A stretch of 60,000 nucleotides of DNA from positions 1,056,001 through 1,116,000 of the forward strand of contig NC_058369.1 in the NCBI RefSeq assembly GCF_018350175.1. Direction: 5' to 3'. Positions 43,921 to 55,235 of the stretch are shown piece by piece. Made by a program: the position numbers and the translations under genes. The stretch's first letter is position 1. Every line of letters starts with the position of its first letter. The notes under the pieces are model-generated. The model was not told the origin of the DNA. It saw nothing but the letters and a program-made list of their open reading frames with translations, and did no database searches. The DNA comes from Felis catus (taxonomy: Eukaryota).

Positions 43921-46900
43921 CTGCGGGGCGGATGGACGCGTCAGAGTGGGTGCGCCCCCGGGTCCGGCCGCCGCCCCCCCCCGCCCCCCCCACCCCCCGC
44001 CGGCCGCTCACCGTTGTCCTGGATGATCCGTCTGAGGTAGTCAGCCATGAGGTTCCGCAGGGAGCGCTTGTAGGGGAGGCCCAGGCGGTGCGGGAAGAGC
44101 ACGGCCGTGTCCACCACGGTGCTGTGAATGACCTGCAGGCGGGCAGGCAGGAGGGCAGAGACCACAGGTCCAGGGCCCCGGGAGGGCCAGGGTAGGAAGG
44201 TGCCTGGGGCTCAGACCCACCCCCACAGCTCCCATTCCCAGGACCCCCGGGAGCGGGCAGTACCTTCAAGGCCAGCAGGTCGCTCTCCAGGCTGTGTCCG
44301 ATGAGGACGGTGTCAGCGCTGAACATGCTCAGCAGGACGGCCTGGACATCCCGGAGCGAGATGCTCGTGTCCACGAGGTCAGCCTCGGTGACCCCTGAAA
44401 ACCTGGCGTGGGCGGAGCGGGGAGCCTGAAGGTAGCCAGGGAGGGAGGCGGGTGCCCGCTCCTGGGGGGGGCCGGGGAGGGGGGGCGCGGCCACACCTGG
44501 TGTTGTAGTCGACGATCTCGTTGTCCGGCTTGACAAAGGTGTCGTAGACCACCCGCATGTCTGTGTCCACCACGGTGACGCGCGTCAGCTCCAGGCCATA
44601 TGTGGTGTAGGACTGCGGGGCCGAGAGGGCTCCCGTGACCGTGCGCCCCGCCCCGCACCCAGCGCTCTCAGGACGAGGCCGCCCCGGTCCCCGAGGCCTG
44701 TGGCCGGCGTTCCACTACCCAGCAAGGGCCGTGTCATATGGCCCGCAGCGTGGGCTGAGGAGGGAGGTCAGAGCGTCTACTTGGCTGGAGGTGGGGGGTG
44801 GCGGGGGGGGGGGAGCCCTCTCTCAGAAGCTGCCGGCAAGGCCTCGAGGAGGCGCAACGGACGCAGCCCGGCACACGGCGGGGGCGGGGGGGGGCGTTGG
44901 CAGGACCCCCCTTCTGCTCCCGGCTCCTCCCTCTACCTGCTCTCTATCCTAAGACCCCCCACCCCCACCCCCACCTCAAAGCTGTGGGCGCAGCAGCGGG
45001 ACGACCACCGAACAGAACACCCACGGCAGCCAGCTCACCATTTCACAGTCAAGGGCATAAACGCCCGGGTGAGCATCTTCCGAAAGCTCTTTGTCAAAAG
45101 TTTTCACAAAGCCTTCCAGGTTCTCCTTCCGGCCGTCCTGCACGTGTTGCTGAGGGCGGAGAGGGGAGGGGAGGGGAAGGGAGGGGAGGGGAGGGGAGGG
45201 GAGGGGAGGGGAGGGGAGGGGAGGGGAGGGGAGGGGAGGGTGGGTGAGGGCGGCAGGCTCGAGGGGCCAGGCTGGTGCCGGGCTTTCTCCAGCGGATGTC
45301 CCCCTCTTTCCAAGGCCACCGCCAGAGTCAGGGACAGACCGATCGAAGGACAGAAACGGGGGATCAGGGGGCCGGCCCTGGTTGCACCTCATTTCCAGGC
45401 AGGCTGGGGGCCCTTCCCGAGATGAGGGAGCATCGGCGGGCCCAGGAGACCTACCTTGGCGACCTGACAGCCGGCAGAGCCGATGGCAGCCGAGCAGCAC
45501 GTGTACTGAGTCTCCCAGCCGCCAGCCACTGGAAGGGAGGTGGCAGCGGTCAGGGCCGGGCCTCCCCCGTGCCCCAGGCACAGCCCCGACACCCGCTGTG
45601 CTGGGGCGGGGGCGGGGGCGGGGGGGGGGGGGCTCACCTCGGTTCCGGCGGAGCCGCCCCCAGTGGTAGTAACACTCCTCTTCGCGCACGCAGCGGCCGG
45701 ATGAGGACACGAGGTACTCGGTGCCACAGCGGCAGCAGATTCTACAGGCGGCTACGGGCGGGAGGGGAAGCATCAGGCCCTGCCACTCCCTGTCCCCACG
45801 CGGCCCTCCCGGAGCCACCGTCTCCCTGCCCCTCCTCGAGCACAGGTGGTGCTGAAGGCCACTCACAGTCCTTGGGCTTCTTGTCCTCGGCCGTGAAGAT
45901 GACTGCGCCCCCCGGCCGCTCGGGGTGAGGGAAGGGGTAGCCGTTCTCCTTGAGCTGGTCCTCGGTGAGCAGGTATTCCTTGAGGCGGCCATACAGGGCG
46001 GCCCCTGGGGACAGCGGGCATAGGTGGTCAGCCCACAGGGAGGGCGGGACAGCCGTGGCGGGGAGGGGGGGGAGGGGCAGGCAGGTCACCTTTCAGATCC
46101 TCCACCCGGGGGCTGCTCGGGCGGCTGAGTGAGAAGCTGGTTTTGGTGGCCAACTTGCCCCCCAGCACCATCTCGTGGGACACAACCCTCCGGCCGCTGG
46201 TTTCTGGAAGGGGGAGGGGTAAAAACTACACTCAGTCTCCTTCGTCCCTCCCAAGTGCACCCTCCCCCTCCATACTGCCCTGTCCCCTGGCCTGCTCCTC
46301 GCTGGTCAGGAGAGGCCTGACCTCCTGTGACCTCAACTCTTCTGGGACGGGCTGCAGGTGGCCTGGAAGTCCCGGGCCTCCTGGGGCCCCTGGAACCTGC
46401 CCAGGGGGAGCTGTAGGGGGTGGAGGGGCCGGGGCCGGAGCCAAGGCAAGAGCAGGAGAGCCGGGAGGCCTGCAGACGGACACGGCAGCGTGCCCGCGAG
46501 AGGCAGTCCTGAAACGTCCTCCCCATCCCCGCCCCGAGCTTAACGCACAGAGCGGGCCCCACCGAGCTCCGCCTCTGAAGAGGCCGCCCCATTAGCTGGT
46601 GGCCTTCGGCTCGAGAGACCCGGCTCTCTGAGGAGCGTGGTCAACAGCGAGAAGAGGCTGCTCTGAGGGCACGGCACCAAGCCGTCTCCGACAGAGGCCC
46701 GACAAGCGGGAGCCTGCACCCGCCACCAACGTTCCCTGCAGGCTTTCGTCCCCGTCTGCCCCCCACCCGGCCCCGGGAGCGGCAGAGGGCTGGCGGCTGG
46801 GGTCCCCGCCCCACCGCTCCCACAGCCCGGGTGGGGAGCAGCCCCAGCACGTCGGGGGAGCCCATGGCCCTCTGCTAGAGGCGCAGACCCGAATCTCGCA

Positions 46901-49900
46901 GACGTGACACCCTGGCCGCCCCGCCCCGATTTACTGTTGAGACCAGGTGTGGAGCTGGGGACCAGGCCCCGGAGCTTCTTGAGGGTATTCACAGCTACGT
47001 TCAGATAGATGTTCTTGCTGGGGCTGCGGTCGTAGGCCACCTTCTCCTCGTTCAGCGCCTGAGGACACACACCACAGCCCTGTGGCCCTGTGCTCGGCGG
47101 GGGGGGGGGGGGGGAGGGAAGGTCCCGGCCCCTCGGCCTAGGACCTGGCCACCCCTACACACACACACCCCAGCCCGCTGTCCCCCCAGCCGGCCCACGG
47201 CCACCTCCCAGGGTCACGCACCTTCTCTAACGGCTTCCTGGTTTGAAGAGCAGAATTTGAGACACTCCTCAATAAACAGGTTGAGATACCGCTGGCGGAT
47301 GACGGTGGGGACCTTGCCCCAAACTCTTTTGGGATAATGGGCTTCTTTAAACTCTAGAGAAGACAGACCCATCACAGACGGCCTATACCGCGCCTGGTCC
47401 CCTGACGTGTATCGCAGAACCCACGGGACACCGACACGCGGGATGGACCCTGCTCGAAACTCTGGGCTTCGGGGCCTGAGAGAGCTCATCCCTGGCTCAC
47501 TGAGGCCAGCACGGCCACGGCAGCGTCGGCCAAAGGGGAAACTGAGGGCAGGCGTGGCGGGGGGCGGGGGGGTACATGGCAGCGTGCCCGCCGCTCAGCG
47601 TCTGTGAACTGAAGCCGCCCTGGGCGAGGGGAGTGTGTTAGCAAAGGCAGCAGAGGGAGCCGGAAGGGGAGGAGCACCCACGCGGCACAGGGGCGCCGGC
47701 AAGCCAGGCGCCCAGGTTCCCGCGGCAGGGGACCCGGGGGGGCGGGCGCTCACCTGTAAAGACGGGCTGTGGGCAACACGCTTGGGGGTGACGGTGGCGG
47801 TGGTCTTGGACGCCATGCCGGACAGCGTGCGCGCCTTCAGGGGCTGGCCGCCCGGTTCGGGGCCATTGGGAGGCTGGCCGCTGCTGGCGGCGAGGGTCCT
47901 CTTGGCACCTGTGGGGGCTGGCGGGGCACAGGGGACGTGAGAGCAGGAAGAGAGCACACCCATGACCGAGCTGCACAGCACCCAGCAGCCGCGGTCGTTC
48001 AGCGTCAGCAGGACGTGCATCTCGGAGCACAGGGGGACGGGACGGGCGGTGGGGCACGGGCTACGGAATGACATCAGGCTCTATGTGCGTTCGGGCAAGT
48101 CCAACGAGAAGGGGGGGAAACGCAAATGGGGCTTCGGAGGCCGGCTCAGGCAACGTCTCCGCCGGGGCGGCCCGGCGAGCGGCAGGGCGCGTGGGAAGCC
48201 TCTGCCACATGCTCCGGCCCCCGACTCCGAGGCATTGACCTATGAGGTTGAGGAAAGGCCCTCGCTCCTGGGCTGCGGACCAGAGGGTACAGGATGGCCC
48301 CGGCCCAGTCGCTGTGAGCAGCGGGGCCGGCCCTCCGCTGCCTGTGTGTTCTGCCTCTCCCTTTGATGAGGTCACAAACCAAACAGTCTCCCGCCTCCCC
48401 GGGGAGGAGGGCACCCGCCTGCCGGGCTGTTTCCGAGGGCTCCGGGGAGGCGGTGGGGGCCGGAGGCCAGGGTGCGGGCGTGCGCACGCGCCCGCACGGG
48501 GCTTCTGTGCCAACAAAAGAACGGGAGCGGGTGAGGAGAGCACGGGGCCCAGGTCCCCGGCCTCTTGGAGGGACCGTGGCACCACAAGCCGGCCGCGGCC
48601 CATCCCACGCCAGGGCCGGCCTCTGCAGAGTGGGCGGAAAACGCGCGCTCTCCCGGAACGGAAAGACAGCTCTTAGGTTCATTCACACACGGACTGTTTG
48701 TGCGGCACCCGGGGTGTGCATGGGGAGGAAAGCCAGCACGAGGCATCGGAGGGGACTCCTCAACTTCGGGCGACCCCCTGCAGCTCGGGAAGCGTGCCCC
48801 TGGGTCTAAGGGTGCCGGGCCATCTGCGAGTCAATGCCACCCCGAGTGTGGCTGGTGAGGACTGTGGCAAGGACTGTCCCGAGCCACGGAGGATGACCCA
48901 GGGGACCCGGTCACGTGCAGGAGGGGTTCCGCGTCCCAGGATCCACACAGTTCGGGGTCCTCTCCTGTCCCTGCAGCTAAACCGCTGCTGAAGATCCACG
49001 GTGCACACTTCTTGCCCTCAAGTTCTAACTCGGGAGCTCTGGGGAGGGGAAGGAGCAGAATCCAGACACTTTATCCTAAGGCAGGGAGAGGCAGGGGAGG
49101 GCTGTGGAGGACTACCTCGTGGGGCCCACCCCTCAGGCCCTGGTGACTCCGGGGAGTATCTGAACCAGCAGCAAGGACGCCCCCCGAGCCCCCCGAAGCT
49201 GGTCAGATGGCAGGGGGCCTCTACAACCCAAGAGAAGCTGAACGTGCATCTGAACGGGGCCTCCAGGTGGCCAAGTAGCCAGGGGCCCCCTCACACTTCC
49301 CCAGCTCCAGATGCCACCGAGCGTCCTGCCGGTCAGACCACGCAGGTCTGACCTGACTCTCGCACGAGACCAAGCGGGGGAAGCACCCACAAGACAGAAG
49401 GAAACACAGCCCCAGGGGTCTCCAGACCAGCTGGCTCAATTCGACCAAGCTGAGCGCCTCCGGGGCCACAGCCTCGCTAACCCCAGCCCCACAGACCACC
49501 GAGGCCAACCCCCCCCCCGTTCCCGGTATCACGGTATAGAGCCTGGTGCCCCCACTCAGGAGCCCGGGGGAGGCAAGGACAAAAAGACCAGGCAGGCAGG
49601 GACAGAGTGGAAGTCACAGGGAGATCCCTGGGTCAGGGCCACAGAGGGAGGCAGGAAGCCGGCACGACAGACTCTCTGGGTCTGTTAGACAGACAAGGGG
49701 TGGGAAGAAGGCACCCCGCAGACTCCCCAGAGCCAGCCCAAGGCTACCAACACCAAGGCCGGGAAAGGCCCGGAGCCGCTGGGCACTGCATCAGGCCTGA
49801 GTTGGCCTCCTGCTAACAGTGGAGGGAAACTTTTATCCCCATTCCACAGACCAGCACACTGAGGCCCCAGCTGGGCCCTGTTGGAGTTCACCATCGCTGG

Positions 49901-52900
49901 CAGAAGCAGAGCCTGGCCTTGGGCTCCTGTCACACGCCCGAGCCCCTGTGCCCCGGGACTCACCTGCAGCCAGGCGGGGGTTGGGGACGTGGGCGATCCT
50001 CCTCTTCTCGCCGGGGGCCGAGATGTGGACGGAGGACGACGGCTTCTCGGCCGGCTGCTGGGTGGCCTGGAGCCAGGCGGCGGAGTCCCTCTGGGCCTGC
50101 TGGGCCCGCCGGTAGCACACCTCCTGGGCGGTGGGAGGCCGGGCAGGGGGCGCTGGGCCTCTCCTCCCGGGCTCTGCCTGGGTGATGACAAATTCCGGGG
50201 GCGGTCTGTATGCTGGGAGCACCCAGAGCAGGCCACACGGGGCAAAAGGCTGACGGTAGGGCCACGGACAGGAAGGCAGGGGCTCCGGGGCCAAGGCCAG
50301 GCACGCGGCCCCGGCGCCCTCCTCTGAGTGCTCAGATACCCTGGCAGGAACCAGCCAGCTCCACGCGTTAGCCCTCAAACTCATGTTGCCTCGCTGTCCC
50401 AGGGCACCTCGGCTGCCCTGCTCTCTTGGCTCCTGGCCTCGGAATGCCTAGGCCCTGCCCTTGGCCCTGATATAGGCGCGGCGTGGGTGGGACTCATTAG
50501 GCCCCTGATTGGATTGGCACGCTAATCCAATCCCACTTGACTCCGTTTTCTCTGGCCTTCAGCTTAGCCAGGGGAAGGGTCTGGTGATAGAATCCACCAG
50601 AGCTCCCAGGTGCTTGGCAGAGAGCCCGGTCCTCTGCCCCAGCCTTCCCTATGCCACCGACAGCTGTTTCTCTCTTTGGGGTGGGATCCAGCTCTGCAAG
50701 GTCGGGCCACCGGTCCAAGATCACACAGCACAGCTCACAGCCAGCAGTCCCCCCCGTGCCCCCCCGTGCCCCGCGCCACCCACCCCCCCAGCACCGAACC
50801 GAAGACTGGAGGTGGGCCCCGAGCACGTCTCTGCCACCACATGGGGAGTGCCAGGCACGTGCCTGCCAGAGGAAGCCGTCAGCAGAGGCCGGGGGCCTTC
50901 TCTCTCCCACCAGCCTCCCCTCAGGGCCCAGCAGTGGGCTTTACCTCCCTGCCTTGCTTGGAGAGATGAGAAATCCTCCGCTTCTGCCCCGGGAACAGAG
51001 TGGTGAGGCCCGAATGCCCCTGGGCTTCGGCCTTCTCTTCCTTGGGAGGCTGAAACACACATTCAACCCTCGATGAGGTTCCTCCCTCAGACCTCACCCC
51101 CACACCAGCGTGGCGACTCCTCTACCCTCCCCGCCGCGAATATGTAACTCAGAAAGGACACGGAGAGTGAGGTGGGAAAGCGGGAACACAGTCAAGGGAG
51201 GGCCTACCGGGTCTGGAAACACGATGTGGGACTCTCACCCCCAACCGGGAGGCGTGCTCTGCCCACTCACAGATGGGGAAACCCCAGTGTCGGCCAGTCC
51301 TGCACGCGACTCCTGCAGACGCACCCAGCCCGAGTGTGGCCCAGGCCCCGGCCAAGGTGGTCTCGGGCCCCAACCACTGCCTCCTGCTCCCCTCCCTCGC
51401 CAGCTCACACGGGGCAACTCAGAAATGTGGGAACAGGGGAAAAACTCTGAACAGCAACACCTCAAAGGTCTGTGAACAGAGCAGAGCACTGAAGGGCCAA
51501 GCAGGCGGCCGGTCTTGTGACACGCTCAGAAGCTGCAGGTTTCCGAGCAGGGACTGGCCCCTCTGGCTTTGTTCAAAGCAAGCACCCTCTGGTGGCGGGA
51601 CGTGGGCACACTGGAGTTTGGGGGGTGGGGGAGGAGAGTGAGAGGAGAGGGAAGGAGTGGAAAAGAGGTGGGAGAGGAGGAGGAGGAGGAGAAAAGGGGG
51701 GGAAGTGGGGAGGGGAGGAAGCCAGGAGTAGCCTGGGGAAAGTGGAGAGAGGGAGACAGGCGGAGGGGGGATGAGAGGGGCACAGGGGGAGGGAGGGAGG
51801 CAGAGGGAAGGGAAGTGGAGAAAGGGGGGAAAGGAGAGAGAGGGAAGTGGGGGGCAGGGGAAGAGAGATCGTGGGAAGGAGGGGGGCAGGAGATGAAGGG
51901 CGAGGGAGAGGGTAGCTGCCCCCCCCAACTCTGCCCAGTCTCCCTGGTTTCGGGGCCTCGGTGGCCACGGGCCCTGCCTGGGGGACCTGGCGCTCTGTTT
52001 CTGGACAAGGTGCAGGGGCAGCAGGACGCCAGCAGGGGCTCCTGGACGGGGAGGGAGGGGAGCACCCCCCCAGCAGGGCCCACCTGCCGGGCCCGCCGGC
52101 CTCTGTCCTCTGTCTTGACACTGGTGGATTCGTTGAAGATGCGCAGACACTCCTCCAGGGGGTCGGAGTCAAAGTCGACCTCCTTCTCCAAAGCTGAGTA
52201 GTCCACATCCCCGCCGGCCCCTGAGGAGGAGGAGGAGGAGGGGGAGGGGGAGGTGGGGGCAGGGGCGGGGGCAGGACAGGGGGGCTGCGGGGCCTTGAGG
52301 CGCTTGCGCGGCCCCTGAGCGGGGGAGCAGCCCAGGCTGCGGTCCGAGTCCGAGTCCGAGTCCGAGTCCGAGTCCGAGTCCGAGCTGGAGCTGAGGCAGG
52401 GCAGGGCAGGGGGTGCCGCGGGCCCCGGGCCCAGGCCCTCATCCTCACTCTCGTCCCCAAAGAGGTCCGCGTGGCTCAGCGCCCGCTTCTGCAGCTTAGG
52501 GGCGTCCCGGGAGGCACCCTCGTCCAGCGAGCGGGCCTTCCGCTCGGCCAGCTTCCCCGGCGGCGTCTTCCCGCCCGTCCTGCTTGGCAGCTGGTGGGCA
52601 CCCCCGCGGTCGGGCCGGCTGTTCCCTGAGCTGGCCACCGGGGTGGCCGAAGATGGCTTTTTCTTGGTCCCTTCGGGCTGCTTGGCCCTGTGCCGGGGGC
52701 TGCCGGCCCGCGCGCCCCGCCGGTCTGCACAGGGTTTCCCGGCAGGCCGCCCCTGCTCTCCGTCTTTACCCCGGTCCTTCCTCCGGACACCGTCCTTGCG
52801 GCCAGGGGCGGGCAGGGCCCCGCCTCTCTTCTTCTTGGGTCTCCCCTCCTTGGGGCCGCTGGGGTCCTGCGAGACCCTGGCCGGGGACCCAGGCTTGGCC

Positions 52901-53822
52901 CCGGGCTCCCCACCGGGACCCTTGGGGGGCTGCCCGAGGTCCTCGACGTCATACTGCACGGCCATCTCCTTGGTCTCGCGCAGGCTGCCCTCCTCGGTCT
53001 CCTGGCCCTCCCTGGAGGCTGGCTTCCCGGGGGCCTTGCCCTCGGGGACCGCCTGGGCTCGCGGGGGGCTCGTGGTGACCGGCCCATCACCCGGAGCGGC
53101 GGCGTCATCATCCGAGTCTGAGAACCTGGCGTCGCAGCCAGCAAAGGGGTCGCAGGGCTTCTTGAGGGCGGGCGTGTAGGGCTCGCTACCCCGGGAGCCC
53201 CGGGGCCGCTTGGGGGCCCGGTCATCTTTGGAGCTGGCCCTGCTGAGCAGCCGGGCTGAGAAGTTGGACAGAGGGTCATACTCCAGGTCCGTGGACGGCT
53301 TGGAGTCATCCACCACGTACTTGCCGCTGGGGACGGGGCGGCTGTACCGCTGCGGCTGGCTCACAGCCTTGGGCACGTACTCCAAGGCACCGCCAGCCCC
53401 TCCGCCGTGGCCCTGAGCGCGATCCACAGCCAGCGAGTACTTGCCGGCCGCCTCGGCGGCGGTGGCCAGGGGAGTGGGCTGGTAGCCGGCATCGGGGCTT
53501 AACAGGCCCGGGCGGCCGCCAGGGTTGTAATCGAAGGACAGCGGGAAGGCGTCCTCGTCCAGGCCCGCGGCGGGACTAGCGGCGGGGCCTCGGGGCGCCA
53601 CGGCAGGGGCCTCGGCCGAGCGGTGCTCGCGGGCCGTCTCCAGGAGCTCCTGGTACCGCCGCTGCTCCAGCTCTACCTCCGAGCGCACCGCCTCGATGGC
53701 CTGGTTGACCAGCTCCAGCTCCAGGATGTCCGAGCGGGGCTCCCCGCCGCTGCCCAGGGCGCCATTCTCCCTCTGCACGGGGGGCTTGGGCAGCTCGGGG
53801 TTGTACGGGTCATATCCAAGCC
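43832..53822 (-). CDS. REXO1: REXO1 RNA exonuclease 1 homolog (Elongin A-binding protein 1), coding exons 2-16, 5'-partial
   Basis: 15 phase-consistent GT-AG exons; C-terminal DEDDh exonuclease motifs [23 protein letters not shown]; Cys-rich CCRCG...CYYHWG region. Confidence 0.96.
44012..44132 (-). CDS. REXO1: REXO1 exon 15 [15 protein letters not shown]...IIQDN
   Basis: AG/GT flanks, 121 nt. Confidence 0.94.
44264..44402 (-). CDS. REXO1: REXO1 exon 14 FSGVT...[13 protein letters not shown]
   Basis: AG/GT flanks, 139 nt, ExoII motif. Confidence 0.94.
44497..44612 (-). CDS. REXO1: REXO1 exon 13 [12 protein letters not shown]...DYNT
   Basis: AG/GT flanks, 116 nt. Confidence 0.94.
45039..45149 (-). 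CDS. REXO1: REXO1 exon 12 QHVQDG...YALDCEM
   Basis: AG/GT flanks, 111 nt, ExoI motif. Confidence 0.94.
45160..45240. repeat. (GGGGA)n pentanucleotide repeat
   Basis: Direct reading; forms the polypyrimidine tract of the REXO1 exon 12 acceptor. Confidence 0.9.
45455..45528 (-). CDS. REXO1: REXO1 exon 11 [12 protein letters not shown]...QVAK
   Basis: AG/GT flanks, 74 nt. Confidence 0.93.
45638..45751 (-). CDS. REXO1: REXO1 exon 10 ACRICCRCG...[12 protein letters not shown]
   Basis: AG/GT flanks, 114 nt. Confidence 0.93.
45867..46004 (-). CDS. REXO1: REXO1 exon 9 [23 protein letters not shown]
   Basis: AG/GT flanks, 138 nt. Confidence 0.93.
46090..46203 (-). CDS. REXO1: REXO1 exon 8 [15 protein letters not shown]...EDLK
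   Basis: AG/GT flanks, 114 nt. Confidence 0.92.
46935..47058 (-). CDS. REXO1: REXO1 exon 7 [30 protein letters not shown]
   Basis: AG/GT flanks, 124 nt. Confidence 0.93.
47222..47353 (-). CDS. REXO1: REXO1 exon 6 [12 protein letters not shown]...EK, with compensating -1/+1 indels
   Basis: AG/GT flanks, 132 nt; conserved [21 protein letters not shown] lies in a shifted frame. Confidence 0.9.
47754..47917 (-). CDS. REXO1: REXO1 exon 5 APTGAKR...RVAHSPSLQ
   Basis: AG/GT flanks, 164 nt. Confidence 0.9.
49964..50177 (-). CDS. REXO1: REXO1 exon 4 AEPG...[11 protein letters not shown]...PRLAA
   Basis: AG/GT flanks, 214 nt. Confidence 0.92.
50945..51049 (-). CDS. REXO1: REXO1 exon 3 PPKEEK...[16 protein letters not shown]
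   Basis: AG/GT flanks, 105 nt. Confidence 0.92.
52084..53822 (-). CDS. REXO1: REXO1 exon 2 (large low-complexity exon, GLGYDPYNP...RRARQ)
   Basis: tttcag| ... cag|gtgggc, 1739 nt open; [10 protein letters not shown] and [21 protein letters not shown] motifs. Confidence 0.94.
52342..52384. repeat. Coding (GTCCGA)7 hexanucleotide repeat encoding (SD)n in REXO1
   Basis: Perfect tandem array inside exon 2. Confidence 0.9.
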
Positions 53823-55099
53823 CTGAAACGGGAAGCGGGAGAAAACGGCAGTGAGCGGGCCCCCCAAAGAAGCCGCAGCCACTCGGGCCAACGTCGGGCC
53901 ACAGCCTCAGCCCGGGCCTCGCCCCCGAGGCCGCCGGGGAAGAGCAGAGAAGCAGAACCAACTGGGGGCGGGGCCTCTGGCAAAGCCCTAGGGAGGCCGG
54001 CCCGGGCCCCCGGGGGCACGGCCGCTCGTCCACAGACCTCCCGGCACGGGGTGGGGCAGTGGCGACCTCACAGACTGGACAACTAGCTCCAGGAGCTGGC
54101 GTGAGAACGGAGTCCCACGGACCTGGCCCACACCGAAGCCACGGCGCGCTGCCTCCTACGGACGGGAGCCGGGAGGGTGTGCGCGGAAGGCTGGCCGGCC
54201 GGGCAGGGAGCAGCCACGGCCCTCGCCCACCTCCCCTGGGTCAGGGCCACCCCAGAGGTGTCACCCCTAGGGCTCTGTCCCACAAACTTGCTCCCCGCAG
54301 TTACGTCCACGGGGCCGTGCACGCGCCAGGAGACCACGGAGCCACCGAGGGACCCACCGTCAGGGAGCACGGAGCCACGAAGGACACCCACACACGACTG
54401 TGAGGGGACAGGAAAGGCAGAATGCTGTCTGTGCTGCGGCCCCACGGAGCAAAGCGGCAAAAAGCACTTACGGTCACGTCGCATTCTGAGAACGCCAAGT
54501 AGGGTGGAGAGCAAGCCAGCATCCACCTCAACCCACGAGCCTGGGATCCAGAGTCGGACCCCAGCCAGTTGAGACACCCAAGCGCCCCCCTTACGTCCTT
54601 TTAAGGTTTCTATCAGTCTGAACAGTCATGCCCCACCCCCCACCCCTGGGAGGCTGTGAGACAGATAATCCTGCTTCTGTTCCAGGTTCCAGGGCATGGT
54701 CTACGAGACCAGCACGACCAGTGCCACCAACGTCGGCACGAAACCCACCAGAGACTCTCCCTCGTGGACAGAGGTGCGGAAATTCTCCATAAAATGTGAC
54801 CAAATGAAGCCCACCGTTCCAAGAAAGGGACAATACACCAGATTCAAGTTCGCCGTGTTGACGTATTCCAGAATTCAGAAACTTTGTTAGAAATCCCATC
54901 TAAAGCGTAGAATATGTTTAAAAAAACCTAGCGTAACGTACAAACTTTTCAAACCGCTAAGCAGTATGCCTGAAAGTAACGTAACAGTGTAGGTCAACTA
55001 CTCACAAACTTAAAAGACCTTACCGGAGATAATTCTACACTGTCACCGAAGAATGTGTCCGTAGATCCGATGCCCTGTGGTTGACCGTGTGGCAGCGAC

Positions 55100-55235
55100 T
55101 CTCCCCTGGAACCTCCAGAAAGGACCCGCCCTGCCCACACCTGGATGTAGCCCGGTGAGACCCATTTTGCACCTCTGACCTCTTCGGGTAAGGAAATCTT
55201 GTGTTGTTTTCAGGCCCCGGGTGGTGGTGCCGGCC
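55100..55235 (+). mobile_element. MLT1-type (MaLR) LTR fragment
   Basis: ccctgcccacacctggatgtagcccggtgagacccattttgcacctctgacctc...ttgtgttgttttcag resembles recalled MLT1 3' end. Confidence 0.65.

Noticed and set aside
43921..44025. Possible orthologue of human MIR1909 in the last REXO1 intron
   Set aside because: The intron is G-run-rich and lacks a 3' arm complementary to GGTGAG, so no convincing hairpin
48360..48450. TGATGA C-box-like motif (possible snoRNA)
   Set aside because: Antisense to the host gene, with no matching D box or terminal stem
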